In this document: piece by piece, positions 49,230 through 59,768 of the stretch | Position numbering within the stretch: position 1 is the stretch's first letter | Layout of the letters: each line of letters starts with the position of its first letter | Source: Clostridia bacterium | GTDB lineage: Bacteria > Bacillota > Clostridia > DSM-8532 > SZUA-474 | DNA: 64,000 nucleotides | NCBI GenBank assembly: GCA_003251775.1 | Contig: QKEK01000156.1 | Coordinates: 24,855-88,854, forward strand | Reading direction: 5' to 3' | Notes under the pieces: generated by a model | The model's database searches: none | Seen by the model: only the letters and a program-made list of their open reading frames with translations | What the model was told of the DNA's origin: nothing | Program-made: the position numbers and the translations under genes

Positions 49230-51029
49230 ATGAGTAACAGTTTAAAAAGGAAGAAATTTTTCTCAATTCGATCTGTCTATATCTCAATTTATGGACTTTT
49301 TGCTGTGTTGTGCGTGTTTATAGCACTGGCCCTTGTTGGTAATATAAAAAAAAGTGATGACAGTATATCCAGATTTATGACTAGATCACAAAAAGCAGAC
49401 AGTATTTTACTGGATATAACTTTTGCCACCGGTTATGGAGGTTTAATTCATAACTTTAAAAATTATATTATTAGTAAAGATGTACAGTATTTTGATAAAG
49501 TAGATGCACAGTACAAAAAATTTCAGGAATTAACTCAAGAGCTGAAAAATTTCCTGGATTTGACAGAGGAAGAGAAGACAAGTATTAAAATCCTTGAAGA
49601 TACAATGGGAGAGTACAGATCTAAGGCCAATGTTTTAAAGAAATCCTTTTCTGAACCTGATATTGATATAGAAACTATTAATAAAATTTCAATAGTTGAT
49701 GATACAGCAGCAATAAAGGCAATAAAAGATTTAAAGAGATCATTTGGGGATGAAGCAGCAACCCAGGGAATCTTTGTCCAACAGCAGAGTAGTCTACTGG
49801 TAAAAATTGCTATAGGAACAATAGTTGCAATATTAGTTTTGTCAGGCTCCCTTCTTTTTGTTATATATAGGATGATGTCTGATCAACTAACATATTTTGC
49901 TGCAGTTACAAAAGAGATGGCTAGAGGGGATCTCTCAAAAAGAGTAGATATAAATCTAAAGGATGTTATAGGAGATCTTTCCAGAAATTTCGACTCTTCT
50001 ATTGAGTCATTTTCCAGAATGATTGGGAAAGTTCAAACTTCCGCAACTGATAATGGTGAAATAAATAGCCAACTACTGGAAACTGTAGAGAAGAGCCTGG
50101 ATGAAAGTAGCCAGATATTAAAGAGTGCAAAGAATAGCAACCAGCAATTTTATTCTCTAATGGATAAGATAAATACCAGCTCATCGACAATTGAGGAGAT
50201 ACAGGCTCTTGTTAATAACTTTTCTAACAGGTCTATCGATCAGGTTAGCGCAGTAGATCAGACTTCATCATCTGTAGAGGAGATGATAGCTTCAATAAAA
50301 AATGTTGCTAAAATTTCTGATGCAAAACTGGCTATAACAAAGGATCTGGTTAGAGTTACCCTGGAAGGAAACAGCCTGATAAGTGATACAAATGATGTAA
50401 CCCACCAGATTAGTAGCAGTGCCACAGGTATGCTTGAAATTTCCGATGTTATTAATAATATTGCATCCCAGACAAATTTACTGGCAATGAATGCTGCTAT
50501 TGAGGCAGCCCATGCAGGTGATGCCGGAAAGGGTTTTGCTGTAGTTGCTGATGAGATAAGAAAATTGGCAGAATCTACAGGTTCAAATGCCACATATATT
50601 TCTGAAAATCTGAAGAGGTTAATGATTGATGTAGAACAGGCACTTGAGTCCAGTAATAAAAGTGGAGAGGCTTTTTCGGAAATAGAGAAACATGTAAAAG
50701 ATGTTGCCCACTCCTTTGAAGAAATTCAGATGAGTATGAGTGAATTATCCCAGGGAAGTATGGAGATTCTAAATAGTACAGAGTCTTTAAAAAATATCTC
50801 CAGTGAGATTGAGATTGGAAGTCAGGAGATGAATATTGGAATTAAAAATATTAATGATTCATTACTTGAAATTAAAGAGTACGGCTATAAATCCAAGAGT
50901 ATTATGGAAGAGATTGAGGAGAGATCTGAAGCTATAAATAGTCTGGTATCCAATGTCTCAGGTCTTACTGATACCTCAAACAAAAAATTGAAACTTCTTT
51001 TAGATGAAGTTGAACTATTTAAAGTATAA
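49230..51029 (+). CDS. Transmembrane methyl-accepting chemotaxis protein (4HB-like sensor, HAMP, MCP signal)
   Basis: Two TM segments flank a helical periplasmic region. A HAMP domain follows. The hairpin tip reads [39 protein letters not shown]. Confidence 0.9.
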   Translation: MSNSLKRKKFFSIRSVYISIYGLFAVLCVFIALALVGNIKKSDDSISRFMTRSQKADSILLDITFATGYGGLIHNFKNYIISKDVQYFDKVDAQYKKFQELTQELKNFLDLTEEEKTSIKILEDTMGEYRSKANVLKKSFSEPDIDIETINKISIVDDTAAIKAIKDLKRSFGDEAATQGIFVQQQSSLLVKIAIGTIVAILVLSGSLLFVIYRMMSDQLTYFAAVTKEMARGDLSKRVDINLKDVIGDLSRNFDSSIESFSRMIGKVQTSATDNGEINSQLLETVEKSLDESSQILKSAKNSNQQFYSLMDKINTSSSTIEEIQALVNNFSNRSIDQVSAVDQTSSSVEEMIASIKNVAKISDAKLAITKDLVRVTLEGNSLISDTNDVTHQISSSATGMLEISDVINNIASQTNLLAMNAAIEAAHAGDAGKGFAVVADEIRKLAESTGSNATYISENLKRLMIDVEQALESSNKSGEAFSEIEKHVKDVAHSFEEIQMSMSELSQGSMEILNSTESLKNISSEIEIGSQEMNIGIKNINDSLLEIKEYGYKSKSIMEEIEERSEAINSLVSNVSGLTDTSNKKLKLLLDEVELFKV

Positions 51030-51080
51030 AGTGAATAATATTGCCCTTTAACTTTTTAGCTTAAAGGGCTAATATAAAGT

Positions 51081-51605
51081 ATGAAAAAATTTATTTTGTA
51101 TATAGCATTTCTTTTGGGGGTACAAATCTTCCCTCAAACAATAATTTTTGAACCGGGAGAATTTTCTAATTCATCAGATCAACTAATAATAGATAAAGAG
51201 CATAATATCTATAAAAGACCATATAATAGTAAAATTGATGGAAACTACATAATAAAGCGTATAAATGTTGTTCCAAATTCAACTAACTCTACAGTTGAAT
51301 TCTATGGAAAGGAATATAGAGCCAAGTATTACATTTATCCTGGAACCCAGGAAACCATATATCTGTTTAAAATACCTAATCTTGGAAATTTATCTCTAAC
51401 ACTCTTTAGGGAGGATGGAAAAATTAAATACCTTTATAAGATACCAAACAGGGGATTATTTTCTAAAAACCCGTTAAGGGAGCTTCCTGAAAGTGATAAA
51501 GAACTTTTAAAAAGCAGAGGTTTTAGTGAACAGGATATAAATTATATTAAAGATGATGAGAAATTTACTCTTTTTTATACCGGCTGTGCTACTTTTAAGA
51601 AGTAA
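51081..51605 (+). CDS. Hypothetical secreted protein
   Basis: It has a signal peptide MKKFILYIAFLLGVQIFPQ. No recognisable family. Confidence 0.45.
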   Translation: MKKFILYIAFLLGVQIFPQTIIFEPGEFSNSSDQLIIDKEHNIYKRPYNSKIDGNYIIKRINVVPNSTNSTVEFYGKEYRAKYYIYPGTQETIYLFKIPNLGNLSLTLFREDGKIKYLYKIPNRGLFSKNPLRELPESDKELLKSRGFSEQDINYIKDDEKFTLFYTGCATFKK

Positions 51606-52155
51606 TTAGGTGCTCTACTAATATTTTTGCTCCAATTATAATTAGTACACAACCACTAACAATTTCCACACCTTTCTCCAGGAGATGTCCAAAAAGTTTT
51701 CCAACTTTAATTCCAATTATACTTAGAATAAAAGTAATACTTCCTGCTGTTATTGTCATTACCATAATATTTGCATTAAGAAGCGATGCGGAAAATCCTG
51801 CAGCTAAAGCATCGATACTTGTGGCAATAGCAGCAATTAGGAGAGTTTTTGTATTAAAGAAATCTTTACTCTCTTCCTCACACTGGTCAAATGACTCTTT
51901 TATCATATGCAGGCCAATAATAAATAGAAGAATAAAAGCAATCCAATGGTCAAACTTCTGAATGTCAAAGGGTAGATTTTTACCTGTGTAAAAGCCTAAT
52001 AATGGCATTAATGCCTGAAATCCTCCAAAAAAAAGGGCAACCTTTAATGTTTCAGGTATGGTTACACTTTTTTTACTTAAACCGCAAGTTATTGAAACTG
52101 CAAATGCATCCATAGCCAGAGCAATAGCTATAATAATTATCTCCAAAGTTTTCAT
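51595..52155 (-). CDS. mntP: Manganese efflux pump MntP
   Basis: It has a duplicated DUF204 architecture with AMDAFAVS and SIDALAAG motifs and 6 TM segments. The ATG at 52155 is preferred over the TTG at 52167. Confidence 0.85.
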   Translation of the reverse strand: MKTLEIIIIAIALAMDAFAVSITCGLSKKSVTIPETLKVALFFGGFQALMPLLGFYTGKNLPFDIQKFDHWIAFILLFIIGLHMIKESFDQCEEESKDFFNTKTLLIAAIATSIDALAAGFSASLLNANIMVMTITAGSITFILSIIGIKVGKLFGHLLEKGVEIVSGCVLIIIGAKILVEHLITS

Positions 52156-52233
52156 CAAATACCTCAATTTTCTTTTAATATATTATAATTTGTCGTAATA
52201 TTATATACAATATTAGTAAAATAAGGAGTTATA

Positions 52234-53559
52234 ATGAGCGAAAAAATTATCGGCATTAGTGAAAGACCTTCCATTGGTAAATGGATTCCACTAAGTCTGC
52301 AACATGTTTTTGCAATGTTTGGTGCAACAGTATTGGTTCCGGCACTAACTGGTTTAAGTCCAACAACAGCACTGTTTACCTCTGGAATTGGAACTTTAAT
52401 TTATATTTTAATAACAAAAGGTAAAGTTCCTGCATATTTAGGATCATCATTTGCATTTATTGCCCCAATTATTCTGATTTCTTCAAAATATGGTGTTCCT
52501 TATGCAATGGGTGCTGCTTTCTGTGTCGGTTTAATGTATACCTTGGTTGCGTTAATTATCCGACAATTTGGTAAAGGGTGGATTGACAGGGTTCTTCCTC
52601 CGGTTGTAGTTGGTTCAATAATTATAGTTATTGGTTTAACACTAGCACCTGTAGCTATGGGTATGGCAATGAATACAGTTGTAGATCCTGCAGGTTACAG
52701 TCTTGTCCATCTATCAATTGCGGGAGTTACTCTGGCAATTGCTGTAATCTCATCAATAGTTTTAAAGGGATTTTTTAATGTAATTCCAATTTTAATAGGT
52801 ATTGTAGGTGGTTATCTGTTTACATTGATAATGGGAAGTTTTATTCCGGCTTATCATCTGATTGATTTTGCAGCAATATCTCAAGCAGCTCCATTCTCAT
52901 TACCAACCTTTCTATTTCCTAAATTTGGTTTAATCCCTATAGTAACATTTTTACTAGTAGCTTTTGCTACAATTGCCGAGCATTTAGGTGATACTATGGT
53001 TCTTGGAAAAGTTTGTAAAAAGGATTTCTATAAAGAACCAGGTATACATAGAACTTTAACAGGGGATGGTGTTGCAACTTCTGTTGCTGCACTGTTTGGT
53101 GGACCACCAAATACAACTTATGGTGAGAATGTTGGTGTTATGGCAATTACAGGAGTACACTCAGTTTGGGTTACTGGTGGAGCTGCTGTAGTAGCAATTA
53201 TTCTATCTTTTATTCCACCTGTTGGAGCTTTTATCCAGACAATACCTGCCCCTGTAATGGGAGGTGTATCGGCTATGTTATTTGGAATTATTGCATCTGC
53301 TGGTATTAGAACAATCTCCGAGAGTGGGATTAATTATGGGGAAAAGAGAAACCTTACAATAAGTTCGGTTGTTCTTGTTGTTGGAATAGGTGGTGGTAAA
53401 ATTATTGCTCCTATTACTGAAGGTGTATCATTTGAACTGGGAGGAGTAGCATTAGCTGCTTTTATTGGTATTATTTTAAATCTTATACTTCCAAAAAGTT
53501 TAAATGACATTCCGGAAGAGACTGCTGAAGAGATGATTCAACACGAAATTGATAAATAA
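52234..53559 (+). CDS. uraA: NCS2-family nucleobase (uracil/xanthine) permease
   Basis: The protein has about 14 TM segments and the blocks LSLQHVFAMFGATVLVP and TTYGENVGVMAITG, typical of UraA/PyrP. Confidence 0.8.
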   Translation: MSEKIIGISERPSIGKWIPLSLQHVFAMFGATVLVPALTGLSPTTALFTSGIGTLIYILITKGKVPAYLGSSFAFIAPIILISSKYGVPYAMGAAFCVGLMYTLVALIIRQFGKGWIDRVLPPVVVGSIIIVIGLTLAPVAMGMAMNTVVDPAGYSLVHLSIAGVTLAIAVISSIVLKGFFNVIPILIGIVGGYLFTLIMGSFIPAYHLIDFAAISQAAPFSLPTFLFPKFGLIPIVTFLLVAFATIAEHLGDTMVLGKVCKKDFYKEPGIHRTLTGDGVATSVAALFGGPPNTTYGENVGVMAITGVHSVWVTGGAAVVAIILSFIPPVGAFIQTIPAPVMGGVSAMLFGIIASAGIRTISESGINYGEKRNLTISSVVLVVGIGGGKIIAPITEGVSFELGGVALAAFIGIILNLILPKSLNDIPEETAEEMIQHEIDK

Positions 53560-53562
53560 CAG

Positions 53563-53592
53563 ATAGGGGTTTATATAGCCCCTATTTTTTTT
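53563..53592 (+). terminator. Rho-independent terminator after the permease gene (overlaps the 3' end of the convergent HAD gene)
   Basis: The stem ATAGGGG/CCCCTAT with a 9-nt loop is followed by T8. Confidence 0.6.
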
Positions 53593-54167
53593 AAGTCTGC
53601 AGTGCATTTTTCAGGTGTTGTAAAATGTACTGTTTTAATTCCTATCTCTTTAGCGGTTTTTATATTTGCTTCGGAATCATCAATAAATATTGTTTCGTTT
53701 TTTTCCAGACTATATTTCTCTAATATGTAATTAAAAATTGATTTGTCCGGTTTTATCATTTTAACAAAACATGAAAATTCAATTCCACTAAAAAGCTCCC
53801 AAAAGTCGTAGTTATCAGTTAAAAAGTTTGCAAAATCAATATGCATATTGGATAGAACATAGAGGTTATGGCCGTTCTTTTTTGTTTCTTTTATAATATC
53901 TACAGTTTCTTTATTAAGAGTTAAAGCATTCGGAACAGAGTCCAGAGACATTTTTATTCTTTTTTTTTCTATACCTGTTCTGATAAAAGATCTATTTATA
54001 GCCTCTTCTGTTAAAAGTGTACCTCTGTCCATCTCTATCCAGTCCGGGTGGAAAAAAAGATTATCAGCTATCAGTTTTCTTTCTGACTCATCATCAAAAA
54101 GTTTTTTAATAAGTTTTTCGGGTTGCCAATTAAATACAACACCACCAAGATCATAAATTATATTCAT
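53571..54167 (-). CDS. HAD-superfamily hydrolase (subfamily IA-like)
   Basis: Motif I is a variant, IYDLGGVVF (DxG rather than DxD). Motif II SN and motif IV IFIDDS are present. Confidence 0.75.
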   Translation of the reverse strand: MNIIYDLGGVVFNWQPEKLIKKLFDDESERKLIADNLFFHPDWIEMDRGTLLTEEAINRSFIRTGIEKKRIKMSLDSVPNALTLNKETVDIIKETKKNGHNLYVLSNMHIDFANFLTDNYDFWELFSGIEFSCFVKMIKPDKSIFNYILEKYSLEKNETIFIDDSEANIKTAKEIGIKTVHFTTPEKCTADLKKIGAI

Positions 54168-54272
54168 AATGTATTGTATAGTTTATTCTTTACAGTTTAA
54201 AGATATTCGTTGTTAAATATCATGGTAGCTAAAACTGTATTTTTTGGTTTATACTGGTGATAGGAAGGTATT

Positions 54273-55559
54273 ATGGAAAAATTCTGGCAGGAACGTAGAA
54301 GTGGGAGTTTAATTCAGAGACCCGAAAATCATAGAGACTCATATGAGAGGGATAGAGCAAGAATAATTCATTCTGCTGCTTTTAGACGTTTACAGTCTAA
54401 AACCCAGGTTCTAGGCGTTACTGATGGGGATTTTCACAGAACTAGATTAACTCACTCAATGGAAGTGGCTCAAATAGCTAAGGGTATAGTAACCCAACTT
54501 GCCGGTAAGAATAAATTTCTGCCTCCTGTTGATCTTGTGGAGGCTATTAGTCTTGCTCATGATATAGGACATCCTCCCTTTGGGCATGGTGGTGAACTTG
54601 CTTTAAATACTATGATGCGTTACTGGGGTGGCTTTGAAGGGAATGGCCAGACATTAAGGCTTTTATCCAAACTGGAAGCCCATACTCCGGGTTTTGGACT
54701 AAACCTTACCAGGAGATCTCTTCTTGGAGTTATTAAGTATCCAGTAAATTACTCCCTATTAATAAAAAAGAGTGTGGAAGATGAAAAAAGTGTAAAAGTA
54801 CATCCTCCAAAATGTTTTCACGATTCTGAACTGGATGTTTTTGACTGGATCATGAAACCATTTTCTAATAATGACAGGGAGCTGTTTTCCTCCTATATTC
54901 ATCCTACAGAATTTAAGGTTGGCAAGACCCAATTCCACTCCCTTGATACATCTATAATGGAACTTGCAGATGATATTTCCTACGCTGTTCATGATTTTGA
55001 AGATGGAGTTGCATTAAAACTTATAACCAGAGATGTATGGGATGATGTGGAGAGTCGTGTTGATCCTTTATGGCTCAATAAAATGGGGTTAAAAAATGTT
55101 AGACAGGATATTTTTAACTCAGAGGATGATTTTAACCATTCAAGGAAGAGAGCCATTGGTGGATTGGTTCATGCTTTAATTATCTCTGCACAAATTATAG
55201 AAGTTGAGGGTTTTGAATCATCAATTCTTAATTCCAATGTCGTTTTAACCCAGGAAGCTCAGGTCTTACTGGATGTATTAAAGGAAATTACTACAAAATA
55301 CATAATTAAGTCTCAATCCGGTCAGACTATTGAGTATAAAGGTCGTCATCTGGTTACAAGACTTTTTGAGGCTATCTCATCGGATCCTGAAATGCTGATG
55401 CCAAAGGATTTTGTAAGTGTTTATAAAAGACAGGAAACCGAGTCTGAGAGCAAGAGAGTAATTTGTGATTATATAGCCGGAATGTCAGATGCATACGCAG
55501 GGAAAATTTACAGCAGACTATTTATTCCCGGAAGTGGTACTGCATTTGATCTGTTGTAA
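54273..55559 (+). CDS. dgt: dGTP triphosphohydrolase-like HD-domain protein
   Basis: RDRARIIHSAAFRRLQSKTQV, RLTHSMEVAQIA, HDIGHPPFGH and DFEDG are typical Dgt-family blocks. Confidence 0.85.
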   Translation: MEKFWQERRSGSLIQRPENHRDSYERDRARIIHSAAFRRLQSKTQVLGVTDGDFHRTRLTHSMEVAQIAKGIVTQLAGKNKFLPPVDLVEAISLAHDIGHPPFGHGGELALNTMMRYWGGFEGNGQTLRLLSKLEAHTPGFGLNLTRRSLLGVIKYPVNYSLLIKKSVEDEKSVKVHPPKCFHDSELDVFDWIMKPFSNNDRELFSSYIHPTEFKVGKTQFHSLDTSIMELADDISYAVHDFEDGVALKLITRDVWDDVESRVDPLWLNKMGLKNVRQDIFNSEDDFNHSRKRAIGGLVHALIISAQIIEVEGFESSILNSNVVLTQEAQVLLDVLKEITTKYIIKSQSGQTIEYKGRHLVTRLFEAISSDPEMLMPKDFVSVYKRQETESESKRVICDYIAGMSDAYAGKIYSRLFIPGSGTAFDLL

Positions 55560-55582
55560 CCTGGAATATAGAGGAGAAGTTT

Positions 55583-56284
55583 ATGGATTTCAGGATTCTT
55601 GTAATTGAGGATGATAAAACCCTGTTAAAATTGATTGAGAATTCATTACTGGACTCAGGTTATTTTGTAACTGCATCCAGTTCCGGGCGGGATGGGCTGA
55701 GCCATATAAGAATAAGCTATTATGATTTAATTGTTACAGATCTTGATCTTGGGGATATAAATGGTCAGGAAATTATAAGTAACATAAGAAAGAATGAAAA
55801 TGATATACCTATAATAGTAATCTCTACCACAAATAATATTGATTCAAAAATTGAGTTATTTAAGACAGGATGTGATGATTATATAACGAAGCCTTTTTTT
55901 ATAGATGAATTTCTTGTCCGGGTAAAACGTATACTAAAAAGGAGTGCAGTTAATAATTCAGTAATAAATAATAGAGAGCACTCTAAAATATACTCAATTG
56001 GTGATTTAACAATTGATGCCGGGAATTTTAAGATTATGAAAAATAATGAAGCCCTGGATGTAACCAGAAAAGTTTTTGATATGCTGGTTTATTTTATTGA
56101 AAATTCAAACCAGTTAATAACAAAAGATCAGTTAATTAGTAAATTCTGGGAAGAATCCGGTGTATCGGATTTTAATTGTTTAAACGTTCATATATTCAAG
56201 ATTAGATCAATTATAGAAGTTTCTCCAAAATCACCTAAATTACTTAAGACAGTTAGGGGTCAGGGTTATATCTTCTCTATGTAA
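55583..56284 (+). CDS. OmpR-family response regulator (REC plus winged helix)
   Basis: ILVIEDD...DLIVTDLDLGD...K in the REC domain, and a C-terminal Trans_reg_C ending RGQGYIF. Confidence 0.9.
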   Translation: MDFRILVIEDDKTLLKLIENSLLDSGYFVTASSSGRDGLSHIRISYYDLIVTDLDLGDINGQEIISNIRKNENDIPIIVISTTNNIDSKIELFKTGCDDYITKPFFIDEFLVRVKRILKRSAVNNSVINNREHSKIYSIGDLTIDAGNFKIMKNNEALDVTRKVFDMLVYFIENSNQLITKDQLISKFWEESGVSDFNCLNVHIFKIRSIIEVSPKSPKLLKTVRGQGYIFSM

Positions 56285-57986
56285 TTAAATGTTAGTGTAA
56301 ATTCAGATCCGGAACTTGAAGACCTAAGTTCAATATCTCCCCTTATATGACCTAATAGTGTTTTAATTATATACAGTCCAAGGCCTGTGGATTTTTCACC
56401 TCCTGTAGGTTTTGCGGACAGAGTTGTAAAACTATTATACATAAGGGATATATCAGTTTCAGAGAAACCGGGACCCCCATCTTTAATTTGCCAAATTACT
56501 CTACTATTTACTAATTTACAGGTTATATAAATTGTGCTGGATTTACTGGAGTATTTAACAGCATTACTTATAAGATTCTCTATTACAGCTTCAATAATTA
56601 GCTGATTGGAATTAATAAAGGTATAATCTTCCAATTCCATTTTTAATTTTATATCCTTATTATTACAGCTGAATTTGTATCTGTAACTTAGATTTTCTGT
56701 AATTTCCGACAGATCAACTATATCATTGGTTTTGTCTAACCCTTCATCAATTTTTAGATATATTAAAAGATTATCAATTAAACTCTTAAGGTTTTTAGAT
56801 GCGATATACATCTCTTCGAAATTTTTTCTATCAGGGAATTCCTGCATTAAGTATTGGGAATTGTTTAATAATACTGTAATTGGTGATGCACTGTTGTGGC
56901 TGATTACATGCAAAAGAGTGGTTCTTAACTCTACAAGAGCTCTGTTTTTTTTATTAACCTTTCTTAACTCTTCAATATTCGATTCAATTTTTCTTGCCAT
57001 TTTATTAATGAATTTGTTTATTCTAAAAAATTCATCGCTACTGTATTTATAAAATTTTGGGCTGAAATCACCATTCTTAATATTAAGAATATGGTTATTA
57101 ATATTGTTAATATTAGATACTATCATATTGGTTACTAGAAAAATTATAATTATAACGATAGCTGTAATAACAGAAATAATGAAAACAGTGTATATAAGTA
57201 TAGGTCTAATTTTATCTCTTATAATATTATAGGGGATTAAATTGACTACATAAAGATCCAGTAATTCTATATTGTTAACCAGTGTGTAGAACCTTGTATC
57301 TTCAATATTTATAATATTACTTTCTGGATCATCTATTACTTTTTTTAGATCTATATACTTTCTGTAATCTACAGGTTCATCCACTCTTCTGGAAATTATT
57401 ATTGGGGTGTAATTTTTGTTAACAAATAGTATCCTTATATCATTATAAATGGAATTTTCTCTTAATTGGTTCATAAAATAAGCAGGATTTATTTCAAAGT
57501 ATAGGAATCCTGCTAAACTTTTGTCCGGATTAAGATATGCTTTATAAACGGCTATTATTTTACTGCTTGTTATTTCGGATATTTTTGGCTTTGACCAGAC
57601 AATGTCACCTTTAAGGTTGGATTTTTCTATTAAGGTTTTGAATAGATCCATTTTTGCAATATTGAGAGAACTGTTACCTGATAATGCAAAATCATTTGAA
57701 ATAAAAAGAGCATTATCTATCCATTGTGCGTATTGTACAAAATTACTAATATCATTTTGTATTCTGATTTTATCTATTTTATTACCGGAAATTAAGAAAT
57801 TGTTAAAAAGATTATTGGTAACTTCAACCTGAATATTAAAACTGGGGTATTATAATTACTGTATTCAATATTTATAATTATCGATTTAAAATAGTTAATA
57901 AGAATCAGATCCAGAAGAACAAGTGGTAATAGTATAAAAAAAATGTAAAAAAAATGGAACTTGCTGTTTAGTTTCTGTTTTCTCAT
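56266..57986 (-). pseudogene. Sensor histidine kinase interrupted by a single-base frameshift (N-terminal TM ORF 57986-57792, remainder open 57849-56266)
   Basis: The sensor-domain reading frame stays open upstream of the listed Met (57651) back to 57849 without a start codon. The N-terminal TM segment is in another frame. Adding one G to the G4 run at 57844-57847 fuses them (..SNYNTPSFNIQVEV..). The C-terminal HisKA/HATPase is intact (ISHNSASPIT, NAVKYS, DGGPGF, GLGLYI). Confidence 0.7.
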
Positions 57987-58055
57987 TATATTCTTCAATT
58001 AGTTACCCTTAGTTCTACCTTGATAATACTATATTTTTTTACTATTATACACCCT

Positions 58056-58835
58056 ATGAGTAAAAGACAAATAATTAATATTAAATTAATGTTTATTGTG
58101 GCAGCTATTTTAATACCTGTTAGTATTTTTGCTACAGTTAAACTTGTAAACTATCAGAATATTGTCAGGAATAGATCTGTATACTCTGAACATATATATA
58201 ACAGTTTATCTTCCCATCTGAAGCCTATAACTGTAGGTGGAGAGTTACTTTCCAAAAATCAGTATCTGATTGAATTACTAAAAAGTGAAATTGACAAGGA
58301 TGAGTTGTACAGTTTTATTAGTAAAAATATAGAACTCATGGATTGTGATGGTCTCGATATTGTTGCAAGTAAGTCTCTAACATGCTATCAGACTGGTGGC
58401 ACCCAGGTTGTTATGGAAGAAGGTAATGACAGGGATAAATGGTACTTTGACTTATTGTCATCAGGCCAGAACTGGAGTACGGAAATGTATTACGACTCTA
58501 ACTATGGAGTTCTATACATATATTATAATATTATTGTTAAGGATGTTGATGATACAGTCTTAGGTGTTTTAGGTTTTTTAATTTCCTATGACAGCATAAG
58601 TAAGGAACTTGGTAAATTCCTTGACAAAGGAATTGTTGCTTATCTGGTAGATGATAAAGGTGTTATATATCTTCATCCTGATCAATCCAAGATTGGAGCA
58701 ATAGATATATATGACTACTATGGACTTTTACAAAAATCCACCTCTACTGAACATACCCAGGAGATTAAGTCAAGTAAGAGATTTTTACATAAACTTGATA
58801 AAATAGATGGATTTCTTGTTGTTGAATATAAATAA
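58056..58835 (+). CDS. Membrane-anchored Cache-like sensor-domain protein with no output domain
   Basis: It has a single N-terminal TM segment (IKLMFIVAAILIPVSIFATV). About 220 aa of extracytoplasmic region follow with Cache-like blocks (YYDSNYGVLYIYYNIIV...VLGVLGFLISYD...AYLVDDKGVIYLHPD). It ends without a second TM segment or a kinase domain. Confidence 0.5.
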   Translation: MSKRQIINIKLMFIVAAILIPVSIFATVKLVNYQNIVRNRSVYSEHIYNSLSSHLKPITVGGELLSKNQYLIELLKSEIDKDELYSFISKNIELMDCDGLDIVASKSLTCYQTGGTQVVMEEGNDRDKWYFDLLSSGQNWSTEMYYDSNYGVLYIYYNIIVKDVDDTVLGVLGFLISYDSISKELGKFLDKGIVAYLVDDKGVIYLHPDQSKIGAIDIYDYYGLLQKSTSTEHTQEIKSSKRFLHKLDKIDGFLVVEYK

Positions 58836-58877
58836 AATATTAATGTTCAATTAATATTCGTAGTATATTCTTGCTTT

Positions 58878-59603
58878 ATGGATAGTAAAGTAAATAATAA
58901 AGTTTTAATAATTGAAGATGATTCCTCATTATTGGAATTAGTTATTAGCTCTTTTAAAAGTGAAGGTTTTACTTGTACCGGAATTTCTAATGGAACAGAT
59001 GCCATGGCAGATTTAAGTCGGAACTGTTATGACTTAATTGTAATGGATCTGGATTTAGGGGATATAAACGGCAAGGAGATAATTGATCTTATGAGGAAAC
59101 AGTCATTTGATCAGCCAATTATTGTTATGTCAACATATAGCAGCATAAATACCAAGGTAGAACTTTTTAATATTGGTTGTGATGATTATATTACAAAACC
59201 ATTTATTGTTGATGAGTTACTTATAAGATCCAGAAGATTACTTAAGAGATGCAGAGTTGCAAAGGTTGTTGGAGAGCAGATTCTTACTTCTCCAAATTTT
59301 AATTTTGGAAATGTGGATATGAACTATCTTGATTCCACAGTTGTGAAAGATGGTGAAACAATTAAATTAACCAAAAAGCTGTTTGAGATGCTCTCATTCT
59401 TTATTAGTCATCAGGATCAGATAGTTACAAAAGATACTCTGGTTTCCAGATTCTGGGATGGTAAAGATGTATATATTGATAATACTCTCTCTGTACATAT
59501 TCATAAGTTAAGAAATGCTATAGAGGAAGATCCGAATAATCCGGTTTATCTTACTACCAAAAGAGGTCAGGGGTATATTTTTTCACTAAAAAATAATCTA
59601 TAG
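58878..59603 (+). CDS. OmpR-family response regulator, paralogue of 55583-56284
   Basis: VLIIEDD...DLIVMDLDLGDINGKEII...GCDDYITKPF...RGQGYIF. Long collinear identity runs are shared with the other regulator. Confidence 0.9.
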   Translation: MDSKVNNKVLIIEDDSSLLELVISSFKSEGFTCTGISNGTDAMADLSRNCYDLIVMDLDLGDINGKEIIDLMRKQSFDQPIIVMSTYSSINTKVELFNIGCDDYITKPFIVDELLIRSRRLLKRCRVAKVVGEQILTSPNFNFGNVDMNYLDSTVVKDGETIKLTKKLFEMLSFFISHQDQIVTKDTLVSRFWDGKDVYIDNTLSVHIHKLRNAIEEDPNNPVYLTTKRGQGYIFSLKNNL

Positions 59604-59768
59604 ATATATTTGAAATCTGATTATTTTTTTATATAATAAATTAATAGATAATTAATTAGTAATTAATAAGGTTAAATTAATATTAATTATTTATTATTTA
59701 ATGGAAACGTTGTTTCTATAATATAATTTAACAAAGCAATAATTATTGCTGCAAAAAAAGGATTAAAA

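Noticed and set aside
52156-52233. Possible yybP-ykoY manganese riboswitch upstream of mntP
   Set aside because: Only about 78 nt of very AT-rich sequence is shared with the divergent permease gene. That is too short for the element, and I could not find its conserved helices or loops.
54273-55559. dGTPase as an anti-phage (dNTP-depletion) defence gene
   Set aside because: The neighbourhood is housekeeping and signalling genes (HAD hydrolase, nucleobase permease, response regulator), with no other defence or mobile genes. The sequence looks like the common Dgt-like housekeeping type.
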